Of a DNA stretch of 64,000 nucleotides, positions 11,860 through 24,492 are shown piece after piece. Below the pieces are notes generated by a model that saw nothing but the letters and a program-made list of their open reading frames with translations, was not told the DNA's origin and did not search any database. The position numbers and the translations under genes were made by a program. Numbering within the stretch: the stretch's first letter is position 1; every line of letters starts with the position of its first letter. Source of the stretch: Camelus dromedarius (lineage: Eukaryota); contig NC_087436.1 in NCBI RefSeq assembly GCF_036321535.1, positions 87,236,001-87,300,000 on the forward strand, in the 5' to 3' direction.

Positions 11860-12045
11860 TGTACCAAAGAATTGTGCCCTCAGGCGCATTATTTTATTAA
11901 AAATTCAGACCCTGGGTTTCTGCCCCCAGGGATTTTGATTCAGTCTAAGGCTGGGAATGTGGAATCTGCATTGTAACAAGTACTCCCTTCCCTTCTCACG
12001 CCTTCCTTCTGCTGCAGGTGAGGGTCCTACTTTGAGAAATATTGC
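11860..12045. mobile_element. Degenerate MER5-like MITE
   Basis: ttattaaaaattcagac...gattttgattcagt...ggaatctgcattgtaacaag...actttgagaa. Confidence 0.55.
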
Positions 12046-13289
12046 TTTCCTTTGGTAATAACCTCAGTCTCCTAAAAATATATATATATATATATACCTT
12101 ATAGAAATTATCTGCCACGTGAAAGTTTTTAAAATTCTATGTAAGACTATTTAAGGTAGTAATTTAACTGCAAGAGCTATAGATCATTGCTGTTTTGTAG
12201 ATATATTTCCTAATATTAAATTGCTAGAGTTTTATTACTTTATGCTCCTAGAACAGGGGTTTCCAACCCTGGCTGTAAATCACATTCTCCTTGAAGCTTT
12301 TGAAAGAAATTTAAAAAAAAATTAAATCATGAAACATTATTAACACCCAAAAAAGTATGAAAAAAAAAGAATGTAATTTAATGTATCTTATATCCCCAAA
12401 TGCCAGCCTTTCGGATTTAACAGACATAATATAATCGTCCTTGGCTAGGATCTCTTTTTAGAGATACTACCTTAAAAAAAACCCTTAACCACCCCTGTCC
12501 CTCTCCTCTCCTCCTAGAACTATCTATTTTCCTGAAGATGGTACGTGTTTACCAGGCATGTCTGTGTACTTCATATTTATGAATCCATAGCAGTCTATCA
12601 GTGCGTGTGTGTGTGTGTGTGTGTAAAAATATGTGGCTTTTTGCAACTATCTTTTCCACTCAACAGTTCGACTCGAGAATATGTTGACACGTATCCATCT
12701 ATTTATTTATTCATTCTAATGACTCCTTAACAGTGTTCTTTGACTGAACCACGGTTTACTTATCCTTGTCCTTATTTGGGAACAATTGGATAGTTTCCAA
12801 AATATTCTGTCTGGAAACAGTGCTGCAGTGAGCATTCCTGTCTTCCTTGCCCACGTGCCTCCATTTCTCCAGGATTATCGTCCTGGAAGGGGAAACGCTG
12901 CCCTGGGATATGCCCACTGCAGCTTCCCTAGATATTGTCGAATTGCTCTCCAAGGTAGCTGCATGAATTGGAGCTCTTCTGAGTCACAGCTTCTAGGACT
13001 TGAAGCTGTTTCTGACTGTGTGGAGGTGTAGGTAGGTTGGGGTGGGTTTTAGGCTCCCCCCCCCCCACCTTTTTTAGTGACATAGTTGATTCTGATGAGC
13101 ATCCAGGGTTGAAAAACCTCTGTGTTAGACTCCACGAGGGCAGGAGCTATGTTCTCTTACCCACTGTTGATTTCCCAGCATTCAGCACAGCACCTAGCAC
13201 ACGTGTGGTAGGCGTACAGTATGTAATGACTGGGTACATGAAAGGAGAGCTGTAGTGTGGTAGAGCGGGGGGATTGCCTTGCAGCAAAG

Positions 13290-13453
13290 CAGTGCTCCTC
13301 AAATGTTACTGTCCGCAGGAATTACCTGGGGATCTTGTTAAAATGCAGATTCTGATTTAGGAGGTCAGGAGTGGGGCTGAGCTTTTGCATTTCTAGCGAG
13401 CTCTCCGGTGACCAGATGCTCCTGGTTTGGGGTGCACAGTTAGAGTATCACAG
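13290..13453. mobile_element. MER5A-like hAT MITE
   Basis: gaattacctggggatcttgttaaaatgcagattctgatt...tgcatttcta. Confidence 0.8.
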
Positions 13454-16400
13454 CCCTAAGAAGAAAAAGAAAACAATTTTTTTCTTACTTACGGATCAAA
13501 GTGGAGGAGTTTGGGGTTTGAAATCCTGCTTGCTAAATCTCAGAACCTGTTTCCCCATCTTTTTACAACACAAAAAGACGTGATGAAATACCCTCCTCCT
13601 CGTGTTTTTGGGAGGATCAAAGGCTGCCGTGCCTACTGAAGCAGTTTGTGAGCTGTGATGCCCTCTTGCATATTTTCAAAATTATCTTTTAGTGTTGAAC
13701 ATTTTCCTTTGGTTTACTCAAAGCACAGAGCCATTGGGCTGGTATTGCAGAAGATGAAGGAATTCTTTCATTTTGACCTGCTGTCTACATTTAGTGGGCA
13801 TTTGGGGAGGAGTAGGATTGAGGAAGGAGGCTGGGCAAGAGCAGAGGCGAAACTCACCAGATGGTGTCATTCTGACTGCAGATGCTGGGAGATTGGGGCG
13901 GGGGGAGTGCTGCTCACTGTCTCTGGGGTATGCAGGGCTAGAGAGAGGTTCACAGCTTTCTCCCAGTCAGCTCTCCAAGTCGGAAACTCAGAGTGAGGCG
14001 GAGTAGGAGGCAGTGCTCAAAATAATTATTCGGTACCAGTTGATCTACTACTGTAGGTGTAATTAGTGCTATCCAGGTTAAGCTGCCACAGGACACTGCC
14101 CTTTAAGTACAGGGTTTCAGGATGCTCTGCTGACTTTGTCCTGCAGAGGCCATGTGGTATGGAGAGGGGAGGGCAGATGAAAAATGAATACACATAAAGC
14201 AACATTCAGAACTAATGTGCCTTGGTTGCTGAGGTGTCCCCAAGTTTCTCTCCCTCTAGAGGAACACCACGGACTGGATCTGCTTGCTTAGCCCAGTGAT
14301 TCTCAAATGTCAGCCTGTTGACCTCCATGGTTTTCATTGTATCTCAGAACCACCCAAACTTATTTATTTAGTAGTTGTCCTTAAATCTGTTCAGCTTCTT
14401 TTAATTTGGCCTCGTTCTGTGCGGAGACATCTGTGAAGGAATGGGTTTGATGAGCTAGTTATATGCTTTTCTAATACATATCAAAAGCATAATTGCCAAA
14501 GTTAAAAATGTTCATACTCATGCCACCTAAGATTATCTCCCTTCCCTCGAGGATTCCTGGTCCATAGTGTGGGAGATGTTGGCTCAGATAAGAGGTTCTT
14601 TATGGTTTACCTGGTTGGCAGATTGCAGGCTGGTGAGCTTCTTCTGGAGGCAGGTGAGCACGTGGATGGGATTTGGTTGGAGTTTCCACAGCACTGTTGG
14701 GTGGGTGTGAGAGCACGCCGTCATCCAGACTCTCAGAGACTGCTTCTTATCCATAGCACGTGGGTGATGAGAGAACTTCCCTCCCTGGGGTGCTGTGGGA
14801 CATTAGTGGAATCATTTCTGTCTAGTGCTTAGCCCAATGCCTGGCCATTTAATTGCTGTTTTCTTCTAGTGCCCCCTTCCTTCCCACTAGCAAAGGAGTC
14901 CAAAGGATGTAGCAGAAAGAGCCCTGAACCCCAGATCCCAGGTCCCAGCTTCCAGTCCTGACCCTGCCACTTTGTAGCTTTCGTGACATTGGGCAGGTGA
15001 GTTAGGTCTTTTTGGGTCTGTAAGGTGTTAAGAACTGTGACTTCTGGTGAGCGGTGCTGAGAAAGAGATGAGCTAGTATGTTGTGAACTCAATATGGTTT
15101 CCAATCAGAGGCAAGACTAGGGAGGGGAAGCATGTGGAGCAGACAAAAGGAGGAAGAAGCTGTGATTTCCGACTGAGATCTTGCTGGAAGACACAGGGCT
15201 GATGGTGTGTGGCAAAGCCTTTGTAATCATCAGTCAGGATACAGTGTTTTTCCTTTCCTAGTAATGAGGGCACTTCATGTAGTGAAAGATTTTCAGTCAT
15301 CTGATAAGCATACAACAAACCCTTTTGTGTTACATGGTGTACACAGTTAGGTGTTCCTAACAGAAACATACAAGTAGCTACACTCAGTTTCTTTCTTTTA
15401 AAAAAAATTTTAAAGTTTTTGAAAAAGTCCTATGAGTTCATCTGGTAGAACTTTTAGATTGTACAAAAAGACATATGTTGCAAATATACCCAGTTCTTGT
15501 CTCTGGCATCCATCAGTATTTACAGTTTCTTCAGCTTCCATTCAGAGGTATCTTATGTATATACAAACAAATATGCTAATATTTCTCTCCGAGTTTTTTA
15601 AAACACACGTCATGCTTGTAGCATATGCTGATTATTCCTGATCTGACCTTTGCTTTTTGTATATTGGAAGTGAATCCATGCTAGTGTGTAAAGGGCATCC
15701 TCTTTTTTTTTTTTTTTTTTTTTTTTTGATGGCTGCAGAGTAGTCAATTGCCTGCAAGTATTGAATTCACTTAACCAGCCTCCTGCTGATGGGCATGAAG
15801 GTAGTTTTCCAGTCTTCGGTTTTTACAAACAAGCCTGCAGGGAACACCTTTGTCCATACATCATTTGGTATATGTGGGAGTATATCTATCAGCTGACTTC
15901 CTAGGAGTGGATTTGCATGTATTACATAGATGGGTTTTTGCCACATTGCCTTCCACTATCAATATGTGTGACTCTTGTTGCCCTCAGCCTTGCCAAAGTG
16001 GGGTGCTATCCAAAAACCTTTTGATCTTTGCCAGTAGAGGGAAAAAATGGTGTGTTCGTTTATTTTTAGTTTGTATTTCTCAGATTAGGAGTGAGCTTGA
16101 GCAGCTATTCACACATTTCAGAAAACAAGCTCAGTTTCATTTAACTGCTTTGCTGTTGGCAATTATTTTCAAAGTCTGTGGGGAAGGACCAGTTTTATTT
16201 TTATTTTCAATCTGTCACAGACTGATACTTTTGTAAAATGCAATGAAAAATTAATTGCAAAATGGAATAGAAATCCCAAAGATACATAAAACACAAACCC
16301 CGTTTTTATGACTAAACTTGACAGATACAAAATTACTCTGTCCATTCATTATACATGTTTTCAGTTTCTGGACTTCGCTCATGGCAGTGTGAACGCTTTG

Positions 16401-18026
16401 TGTCATACTGCAGTAAAGATCCCTTGCTCGCTCTCTTTTCTCCCATTGCCACCCTGTTTGGGGATGGAAGAAGAGAGCATGGAATTTTATATTTTATGTT
16501 TCCTAATCAGTATGTTGCAGAATGTTTTCGTTACATTAGAGTAGCATAGCTCTGATGTGCAATACTGATGCAAGGGTAGGGATTCCACCCTGTGAGGTGG
16601 GGATACTGGTGTCCTGATTTTTCACTGATGAAGACCTTGAGCTCTCTAGTTGAACTAGAGAGTTGTGAAGAAAGTACTTGGAAGTACTCTATTAGTTAAA
16701 TTTGCAGAGTTGGCTTCTTTGACCTGGGGCTTTGCCAGGATCCCATGCCACCGGTGCTGCCTTCCGGGGAAGTGATAGGAAGGGTACCTCTGGGTAAAGT
16801 AGGAGCTTAAGAGACTTCATAGTCGAGGAGGCATCTTGGTGACTTTGCAGACATTGGGTTGGGAATGGGGTTCTTACCTCAAGTTCACTGAATTCAGTGA
16901 CTGGGTGAACATATCCTCCTTCATTTTCAGCTGGAGGACAGACCCAGACCCAGTTTTCTTTGTTCAATGTTCTAGTTGAAATTTTGTCTTTGCCTGGGGA
17001 TTTTGTTATGCTGTCTCTAGACAGGTGGAGAGTTGTTTTACAAGCCAGAGTCTCTAGCTGCTCTTTACTGTCCCTTCTGTGAGGACTTGGGATCATGATG
17101 TATCCCCAGGTCGCCTTTCTTCAGTAGCAGACGTCTTTGCTTCTGTTATGGTTTTTAAGTGACGTCATGTTGAGGTTTTTTTCCAGTTATTTTTCCCTAC
17201 TCGGGATCATAGAAGATGTGGAACTGTTATGCTGTCATGGTGCAGAATGAAACTGCCCTTTAACTACCTTCCTGTGGATGCCTGGCTCCTCATGGAAGCC
17301 GGGAGGGGAACTGGAGGCAGAGGAGCATTGTGAGCACAGGAGTTGTGTTTGTAGTGTGATGGGATTAAGATCCTGGCTTCACAGCTGACCTGTGCCTCAT
17401 ACTAACCTTGGCAAGTCATTTAACCACCTCATTTCCCTCACCTGTGAAATGGGGCGAGTGAGTCTGAGTGACATTTGGAGGGAGAATGTGGCTCAGTGTT
17501 GCTTGGTGGGACCACGTGACCTGTCTGCTCTCTGAGCAGGATGGGCGGCATTGTAGCCCCTCTGGGTACTGTGCACACCTGGTTAGGTGCTGTGTGACAG
17601 CCAACAGCCCAAGAGGGTATGCTCAGAAACAGACGTGACCCTCTGCCCAGTCCCTACATCTGCAGCTAAGGAATTACTAGAAATGTGAAAGAAGAGACGA
17701 TCTTTCTTAACTGTGGTCAGGAGCTCACACTCTGGAACCGAGTGGCCTGGGAGTTGAGTCCCGGCACCGCCTTTACTGGCTGAGTGGGCTTGAGCAGGTC
17801 CCTCCGTTCCTGCATGAGTGGAACTGCCGTGGTTAGTGGACAAGGTTCAGTGAACACAGAGACGTGAGGTGCTCTGAACAACGAGTGGCATGTACTGCTT
17901 ACCCTGCTTATCAAGTTTATTTAACCAGCAAATTTAGTAAGTGCCTTTTATAGGCCAGATGTTCTGCAAGGTCCTGGGAACCGAATCAGACGTAACCCCT
18001 GTCCTCATAGAGTTTATGGTCTAGTG

Positions 18027-18240
18027 TAGGGGTTGGCATGTTTGTTGGTAAAGGGCTTGACGGTAAATATTTTAGGCTTTGTGGGCTGCAGTGTCTCTGT
18101 CACAACTACTCTACTATTGTATTTGAAAGTAGCAGCAATAAGTAAATGAATGATCGTGGCAGTGTTCCAATAAAACTTTTATTTACAACAGCAGTTGATG
18201 GGCCACATTTGACCCATGGATTGACATTTGCCAACCTGTG
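18027..18240. mobile_element. MER58-like hAT MITE inserted in an L2 fragment
   Basis: taggggttggca...gtaaatattttaggctttgtggg...gtgttccaataaaactt...tttgccaacc; 8-bp TSD gtctagtg/gtccagtg. Confidence 0.85.
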
Positions 18241-19169
18241 GTCCAGTGGGAAGACAGATGTTAAATAGCCCCCCCAAAAGTATGTTATTACAAATTGTGG
18301 TAAGTTATGTGAAGTGAGATACAGGATTCTGTGAGAGGGAAGGGTCAGGGGCTGGGATGGTAGCTTTGACATTGAAGACGTTGCCATTAAAGCCAATGCT
18401 GAGGAGGAGGTGGAGAGGTAGAGGGGATGGCTCTGGGGAGTCAGAGAACTGGATGCACTCCTTCTGAACCAAGAGGCTCAGAATTGCAGGCTGCACTTCT
18501 GTCTCTGTAGAGGCACACAGATAATTTTACAGCTTTCTTTGGGTAAGAAAACAACGGCAGTTCTTCCCCTGATGGAATTCACAGCTCTTCTTCCCACTCA
18601 CCCCTCCAAAGTAACCCCCACACTGAGAGATGAATTGTATCAGTGCATTAGCATATTTTGTTCTGTATACTTCTGGTAGGTTCTTTCTCTCTGGTCCATT
18701 GTTTGTTTGTTTGTTTTATATATATGTCAGTATCTACCCCAAAATTTAGAAATTAGGGAAGTAAGAGTGCACATTATTCCACTGTTAGGAGTAAAATGGT
18801 TTACTCCTCAGAACTCGTTTCTACTTTTTGATGTTGTTTTCTCTTTCTGTCTTAAACAATATTATTTTCTTTTTCTATTTGGCTAAAGATTCACAGCCTG
18901 AAACCATTTTGGGGAAAAAAAATCCACTTCTTGACTACATCTCAAGTTTCTCCTGACTCCCAACCTCAGTGTTACATTTTCATTAAACAGGTTGCAGTAT
19001 TCTGTGGTGATTTTACAAAAAAGGACACGTGTGTTCCTCATTCTAGTATATTCTGAGGGGTGGCTCAAAAGTAGGGGTTTACCTGTATAACTCTGTGACC
19101 CCTTCTGTTTCCTCAGTTCTTCAGTTCCTGCAGTTCTGGGGTTCCGAGGGGACCCCACCACCTTGACAG

Positions 19170-19390
19170 TCAGTATTGTGTAATGGCTGGGAGCATACAC
19201 TCTGGAGACAGATTCAGTTAAGTTCAAATCCAGTTCCAGTATTCATTGGCTGCATCCACCCTCTCTGTGCCTCAGTTTTCTAATCTTTAAAATGGGGTCA
19301 GAAATAGCACCTACCTCATGGAGTTATTATGAAGATTTAAATGAGTAAAGTATATATCAGGTGCTTAGAGCAGTGACTGTTATCTATAAT
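19170..19390. mobile_element. MIR
   Basis: gttcaaatccc...ctctctgtgcctcagttttctaatctttaaaatgggg...tagcacctacctcat. Confidence 0.8.
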
Positions 19391-21049
19391 TATTATCACT
19401 AGTTACATCTGGGAGTCAGTGACTGTAATTCCTCCCTAACCAGCCTTGAATTCTGACAAGAGGCTCCTGACTCATCCTGAGATCTTGGGCTGTATAACTT
19501 CATTTTTGCTTCCCTTTCTCTGTAAGGCTCAAGGAATGACCCTTTGTCCTCAGAAGTCTGGGAATACTACTCCTTTTGAGAATTAGTCCTCTATGTACTT
19601 TTGTACTTTGAAGTCATACTTGTAAAGTAAGTAAAATAGCCTTTTTTTGAACATAGAGCTAAAAATGTGGTTTTAGCAACAACATTCACCTCCCCTGTCA
19701 TATATTTTAATTCATGGTTTATAATGAATGAATTATTCTCTATGTACTTAGAAATCCTTCCATGTTACTTTGGTCCTTTCTCTGCTTTATACAAACTGGA
19801 AAGAGAGCCTGCCTGCCTGCCTGCCTCAGGATGCAACAGAATGGGTCGCCTTGGGTGTGACAAATACATTTATGTCTCTGGGCCTTGGTTTTTACATCTG
19901 TGAAACGGTCTAGCTGATCTCCAGCGCCCCTTCCTGGTCTCTGTTTTTGGTTTAGGCTCCTGCATATTATGACAAGTGTTCTAGTCGGTTTTTATAGACC
20001 TTGCAGTCCTGTTGTTTTCATTATGTCCTCCTGGGCAAGGATCTGTCTCCTTCCCCCTTCCCCCAGAGGAAGAAATTCTAACATGTTTTCCTTATAAATT
20101 GTCTTTAGAATTGCTTTAAAAGAAATGCCTTTCTATACGCATCTGATATATTTGTGATTCATCCTTTCCAAGTTGTTGCTATTGTTGGTTTTGTGTTTTT
20201 GTAGCACCCCTCAGCAGTCACACAATAGCTTTCAGAAGTGCTTTGAAGAGCCAGCATTACAGTCTTCTTGTTGGAACTTGTCCCAGCCCAGATTCTATTT
20301 TTAATAAAGTGTGGTACATTGTTTTTCAAAGGTTATCAAATTTTTTCACTGATGGAAATGAGAACTCTGTTTCTCATCCCTCCAGACCCTGTGATTTGCC
20401 GCTATAGCTCAGTTTTTTGTTCCACGTGTGGTCAGTCATTTTCAGTGCCTCCCGCTTGCCTTCTGTGCCGCGGTGCTGGGTGCCAGCAGTACAAGTGCAG
20501 GCTCTCGGGTTTGCAATGCACCTTGCAGTTTACTTCGATAACCGGTCTGCAGGATATTAGTTTGGGAACTTTTTATTAAATTTTTAGTGACAAAAATAAT
20601 ATATGCTCATAGTAGAAAATTTGAACAGTTGAGAAAACAAAAAGCCCCCTGGTGGCCTTGTCATCTGCCAGTCCCATCCCCCTAGACACCAGTGACAAGT
20701 GCTAATAACTGCTCAAGCATTCCTCCTGGAATTTCCATTAAAATGTAGGTGTTGAAGGCAGGCCCAATCTGCTCTGTTCACTTGGTGTCCCTCAGATGTA
20801 GAGCCTGGGCCCAGAGAGGACTCCGTGTCTGCTGACTGAAGGGAGGACGTTTCCAGCACCGTCCTGCACACAGAGTCACGCTGTAACGTGTTTTCACTTA
20901 TCACTGCATCTTGGGCAGATTTTCATAGCCACACTTGTAGAGCCACTTCACTTTTTTTAAAAAGTAGCTACATGATATTCCGTCCTGTTTATTACCATAA
21001 TTATTTAACCAGTTATTTCTAACTTTTTGCTGTTACAAACCTTGCCAGG

Positions 21050-21490
21050 GAGGAGCATCTGACTCATTGACTGCTGATTGTTCCTTCCATGTCCTTTTTC
21101 CATGGCTGATGCTAGCTGCGTGTAGCTGCTCAGGTAAAGAGTATGTTTGCCGAGCTTGCCTGGCAGCTCAGTGTGTCCGTGTGTAGGATTCTGGCCATCG
21201 GGATCATGAGCGGAAGGGATGCGTGCGGCTTCCAGGAGCGTTCCTGAAAGGGGAGGAGCGGTCCCTCCCCGCCTTGTCTGCTTCCCCCTGGCAGAGGGTG
21301 TTTGATGGGAGGGAGCTGGAGTGGCCACGTTGCTTCCAAAGATAGACTCTTAAGGACGACAGAGCAACAAGATAAAAGGAGCCTGAGTCCTGCATTGCTT
21401 GCTCTTGTGTATTTATGTGAAAGAGAGAAATAAACTTCCATTGTGTTTCAGCCATGCCTGGATTATTTGGGTCCTCGTTACAGTCTGTCC
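21050..21490 (+). mobile_element. Old MLT1 LTR remnant
   Basis: ggagcctgagtcc...gagagaaataaacttccattgtgttt.agcca...gttacag. Confidence 0.55.
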
Positions 21491-21604
21491 TTCCTACCTG
21501 TGTGAGTATATATGTAGACTAAATTGCTTGAAGTAGAATTGCAGGATTGAAGGATATCCTTATTTAAAATTTTGATTTATACTGTCTAACTGGTCTTTAA
21601 GCAC

Positions 21605-21635
21605 CCACCACCACCACCACCACCATCATCATCAT
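21605..21635. repeat. Compound (CAC)n(CAT)n microsatellite
   Basis: Direct reading. Confidence 0.85.
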
Positions 21636-22211
21636 CTCTTGAAACATTCCCCACCATATCTGTGTCCTTTTATCACACAGAGATTTACATTTAATGTAGT
21701 GAACTCCCAAATCCATTGAAGATGCACAAAAATTCATGACTGCAATGGAAAATGCTAGTGTGTGAAGCAAGAGTTTGGTTCCAAATGTCAGTATCAGTGG
21801 CATTCTGTATCCACAGGAAGGAATTTCTAGGGTGTGTATTTGTAACAGAGAAGGGAGAATGGGGGAGTGGTAGAGGGTACCGCTGAGGTCTCACTGGACA
21901 GTAGACAAGGAAAACTCACACCTTTGTGTCCAAATGACTGTGCACGTGGGAGCAGCTCACACAGCCTTGACTGCACCATCTGTGCATCCATCCTCCAACT
22001 GACCACCCCTCCACCCCACCAGCCACCCAGCAGGTATGGGCCTGCTCCATGCTAGCCACTGAGTGCAATATTAAGGTGGTCAAACATTGTCTTTGTTCCC
22101 ATGAGGTATATAGTTCAGAGGATAGGACAGATGTTATAGCAGTTGGAATAAATACTGTAAGGGAGACACAGTATGCTCTGAGTGGAGGGTGGAGGTTGTT
22201 GGGGAAGGGAG

Positions 22212-22675
22212 TGTATTAATTTCCTATTGCTGCTGTAAATTTTTACCACAAACTTCACATCTTAAAATGAGATAAATTTATTCTCTTAGAGCTCTGGAGG
22301 TCAGAAGTTCTAAAATCAAGGTGTCAGCAGAGTGGCTCACCTTCTGGAGGGCCTTTTCCCATTTTTCCAGGGCCTGCCTGCATTCCTTGGCTCATGGCCC
22401 TTTCTCTCTTCAGGGCCAGCAGCATAGCATCTTCACATCTCTCTCTGAACTCTGCTTCTGTCATCATAGCTCCTCGCTGACCCTGGTACTCTTGTCCCTT
22501 TCTCATGAGGACCCCTGATTATGCTGGACCCACTCTGATAATCCAGAATAATCCCATCACACAAATCTTAAATTAATCATACCCGCAAAGTCCTTTTTGA
22601 CATCTAAGTTAATATTCACAGGTTCCAGGGATTAGGGTGTGGACATCTTTGAGGGCCGTTATTCTGTCTGTCACA
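22212..22675 (-). mobile_element. MLT1 (MaLR) solo LTR
   Basis: TG...CA ends, aaatttattctct...ctggaggtcagaag...tcaaggtgtcagcag, ggattagggtgtggacatcttt; 5-bp TSD gggag/gggac. Confidence 0.85.
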
Positions 22676-22689
22676 GGGACTCCCTGAAT

Positions 22690-23560
22690 CTAGGGGTGGC
22701 CAGCAAAGAATTCCCTGAGAGGGATGACAGGGTGCAGCCAGCTGAAGAGGCAGGGAGAGCATGCAGGGGATGGAGGGGACAGAACTTGACGTATTAGAGG
22801 AACCAAATGAAGACCATCGTAATCAGCCAAGTGTACGAGGGAATGAGTGGCAGGAGGTGATGGGAACAGCAGTGGAAGTCACTGGGGGATTTTAAAGCAG
22901 GTTTGGATTTAAAAAGAGCACTTTTGCTGCCGCATTGGCAGTGGGGTTAGAGGTGAGTAAGGTTGGAGGCCATTTAGTAGGCTGTTGTAATTCAGATGAG
23001 AGATGCTGGTGGCTTGGTAGTGGGAGGGATTAAAGAGAAGCGAATGGACTTGAGCGATTGAAGGAGAGTGACTCGATAGGACACAGTGACGGATGGGTGT
23101 CGGGGCAGAGGGGATGTGGGGCATGACCCCTGGGTTTCTAGCCGGAGCCAGGAGGAAGGTGGCATTGTCATGTACTAAGTGGAGAACCCCAGGAAGAGTT
23201 TGGATTTGGGGGGAAGGAGATGTGGAAGTTCTAGTTTCGTAGTAAAATGATGTTGCGGGCCCACTTGAATGAGCTCAGAAGTGAGCTTTCTGGGATGAAG
23301 GTGGAGAGTTGGAAATGGTTGGCACATAGCTGTTGATTGAAGCCACTAGAATGGTTATCACCTGGACCCTACACAGAGCGACATGGAGAGAGGGGAGAGG
23401 GCCCCAGACCACGCCTGGAGAAAGCTAGCAGCTAAATGTGCCCTCTGGAGTTGACAGTGTTGGGAACTCATCAGGGGGTAGAATCTGGAAGGGGCTATTT
23501 TGAGGAGAGATGTGGGGGTGAGGAAATAGAGACAAGTCTTAATGAGTATTATGGAAAACC
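22690..23560. mobile_element. L2 fragments
   Basis: gaggccatttagtaggctgttgtaattcagatgagagatgctggtggcttgg and related L2 motifs. Confidence 0.65.
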
Positions 23561-23569
23561 TTGGACATA

Positions 23570-24069
23570 TGTATTAGTTTTCTGTTGCTGCTGCAACAAA
23601 TTAACATTAACTTAGTGGTATAAACAGTACAAATTTATTGTCTTATAGTCTGGAGGGCAGAAGTCTGAACTGGGTCCCCCTGCACTAAAATGAAGGCAGC
23701 ATAGGGCTGCTTCCTTCCTGGAGGCTCTGGGAGAAGCTGTTTTCTTACCTCTTGAGCTTCTGGAGACTCCCTGGTTCCTTGGCTCCTGGCCCCTTCCTCC
23801 GTCTACAAAGTCAGCAAAGGCACAGTAAGTCCTTCACACATCATACCACTCTGATCGGTTGTTCCGCTCTGTCTCCCACTTTTAAGGATGCTTGTGATTA
23901 CCTTGGACCCAACTGGATAATCTAGGACAATCCTCCTATGTTAAGGTCAGCTGAATAGCAAATTAAGTCCTGCTGCAATCTAAATTTCCCTTTGCCATGT
24001 AAGGCAATGTTATTACAAGTTCTGGGGTTTAGGACACAGGTGTCTTTGGGAGATCATTATCTTGCCTGT
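23570..24069 (-). mobile_element. MLT1 (MaLR) solo LTR, MLT1D-like
   Basis: tgtattagttttctgttgctgc...aaatttattgtctt...ttaaggtcagctga...ctggataatctagga. Confidence 0.82.
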
Positions 24070-24148
24070 ATGTACGTGTAAAAGTATACACAGAATAGTA
24101 TACAGTAAGCCCCACAAACCCACCACTCAGCTTCTCAAGCATAATTTT

Positions 24149-24492
24149 TTCCATTTTAACCATTTTTTGTTGCCAAATCCTTTTCTTTTTTTAAAAAATT
24201 TTATTGAAGTGTAGTTGATTTACAATGTTAGTTTCAGGTGTACAGCAAAGCAATTCAGTTAAACATACACATACATACATATATACATGTATTTTCAGAT
24301 TCTTTCCATTATAGCTTATTGCAAGAAATTGGATATAGTTCCATGTGCCATACAGTAGGTCCTTGTTGTTTATCTATTTTATATACAGTAGTAGTATGTA
24401 TCGGTTAATCCCAAACTCCTAATTTATCCTTCCCCTCTTCTCCCCTTTGGTAACCATAGTTGGTTTTCTACATCTGTGAGTCTGTTTCCACC
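24149..24492 (-). mobile_element. Short L1 3'UTR insertion inside an older L1M fragment
   Basis: Same 3'UTR type as the 37440 and 48480 elements; TSD agcataatttt at 24138-24148 / 24493-24503. Confidence 0.8.
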
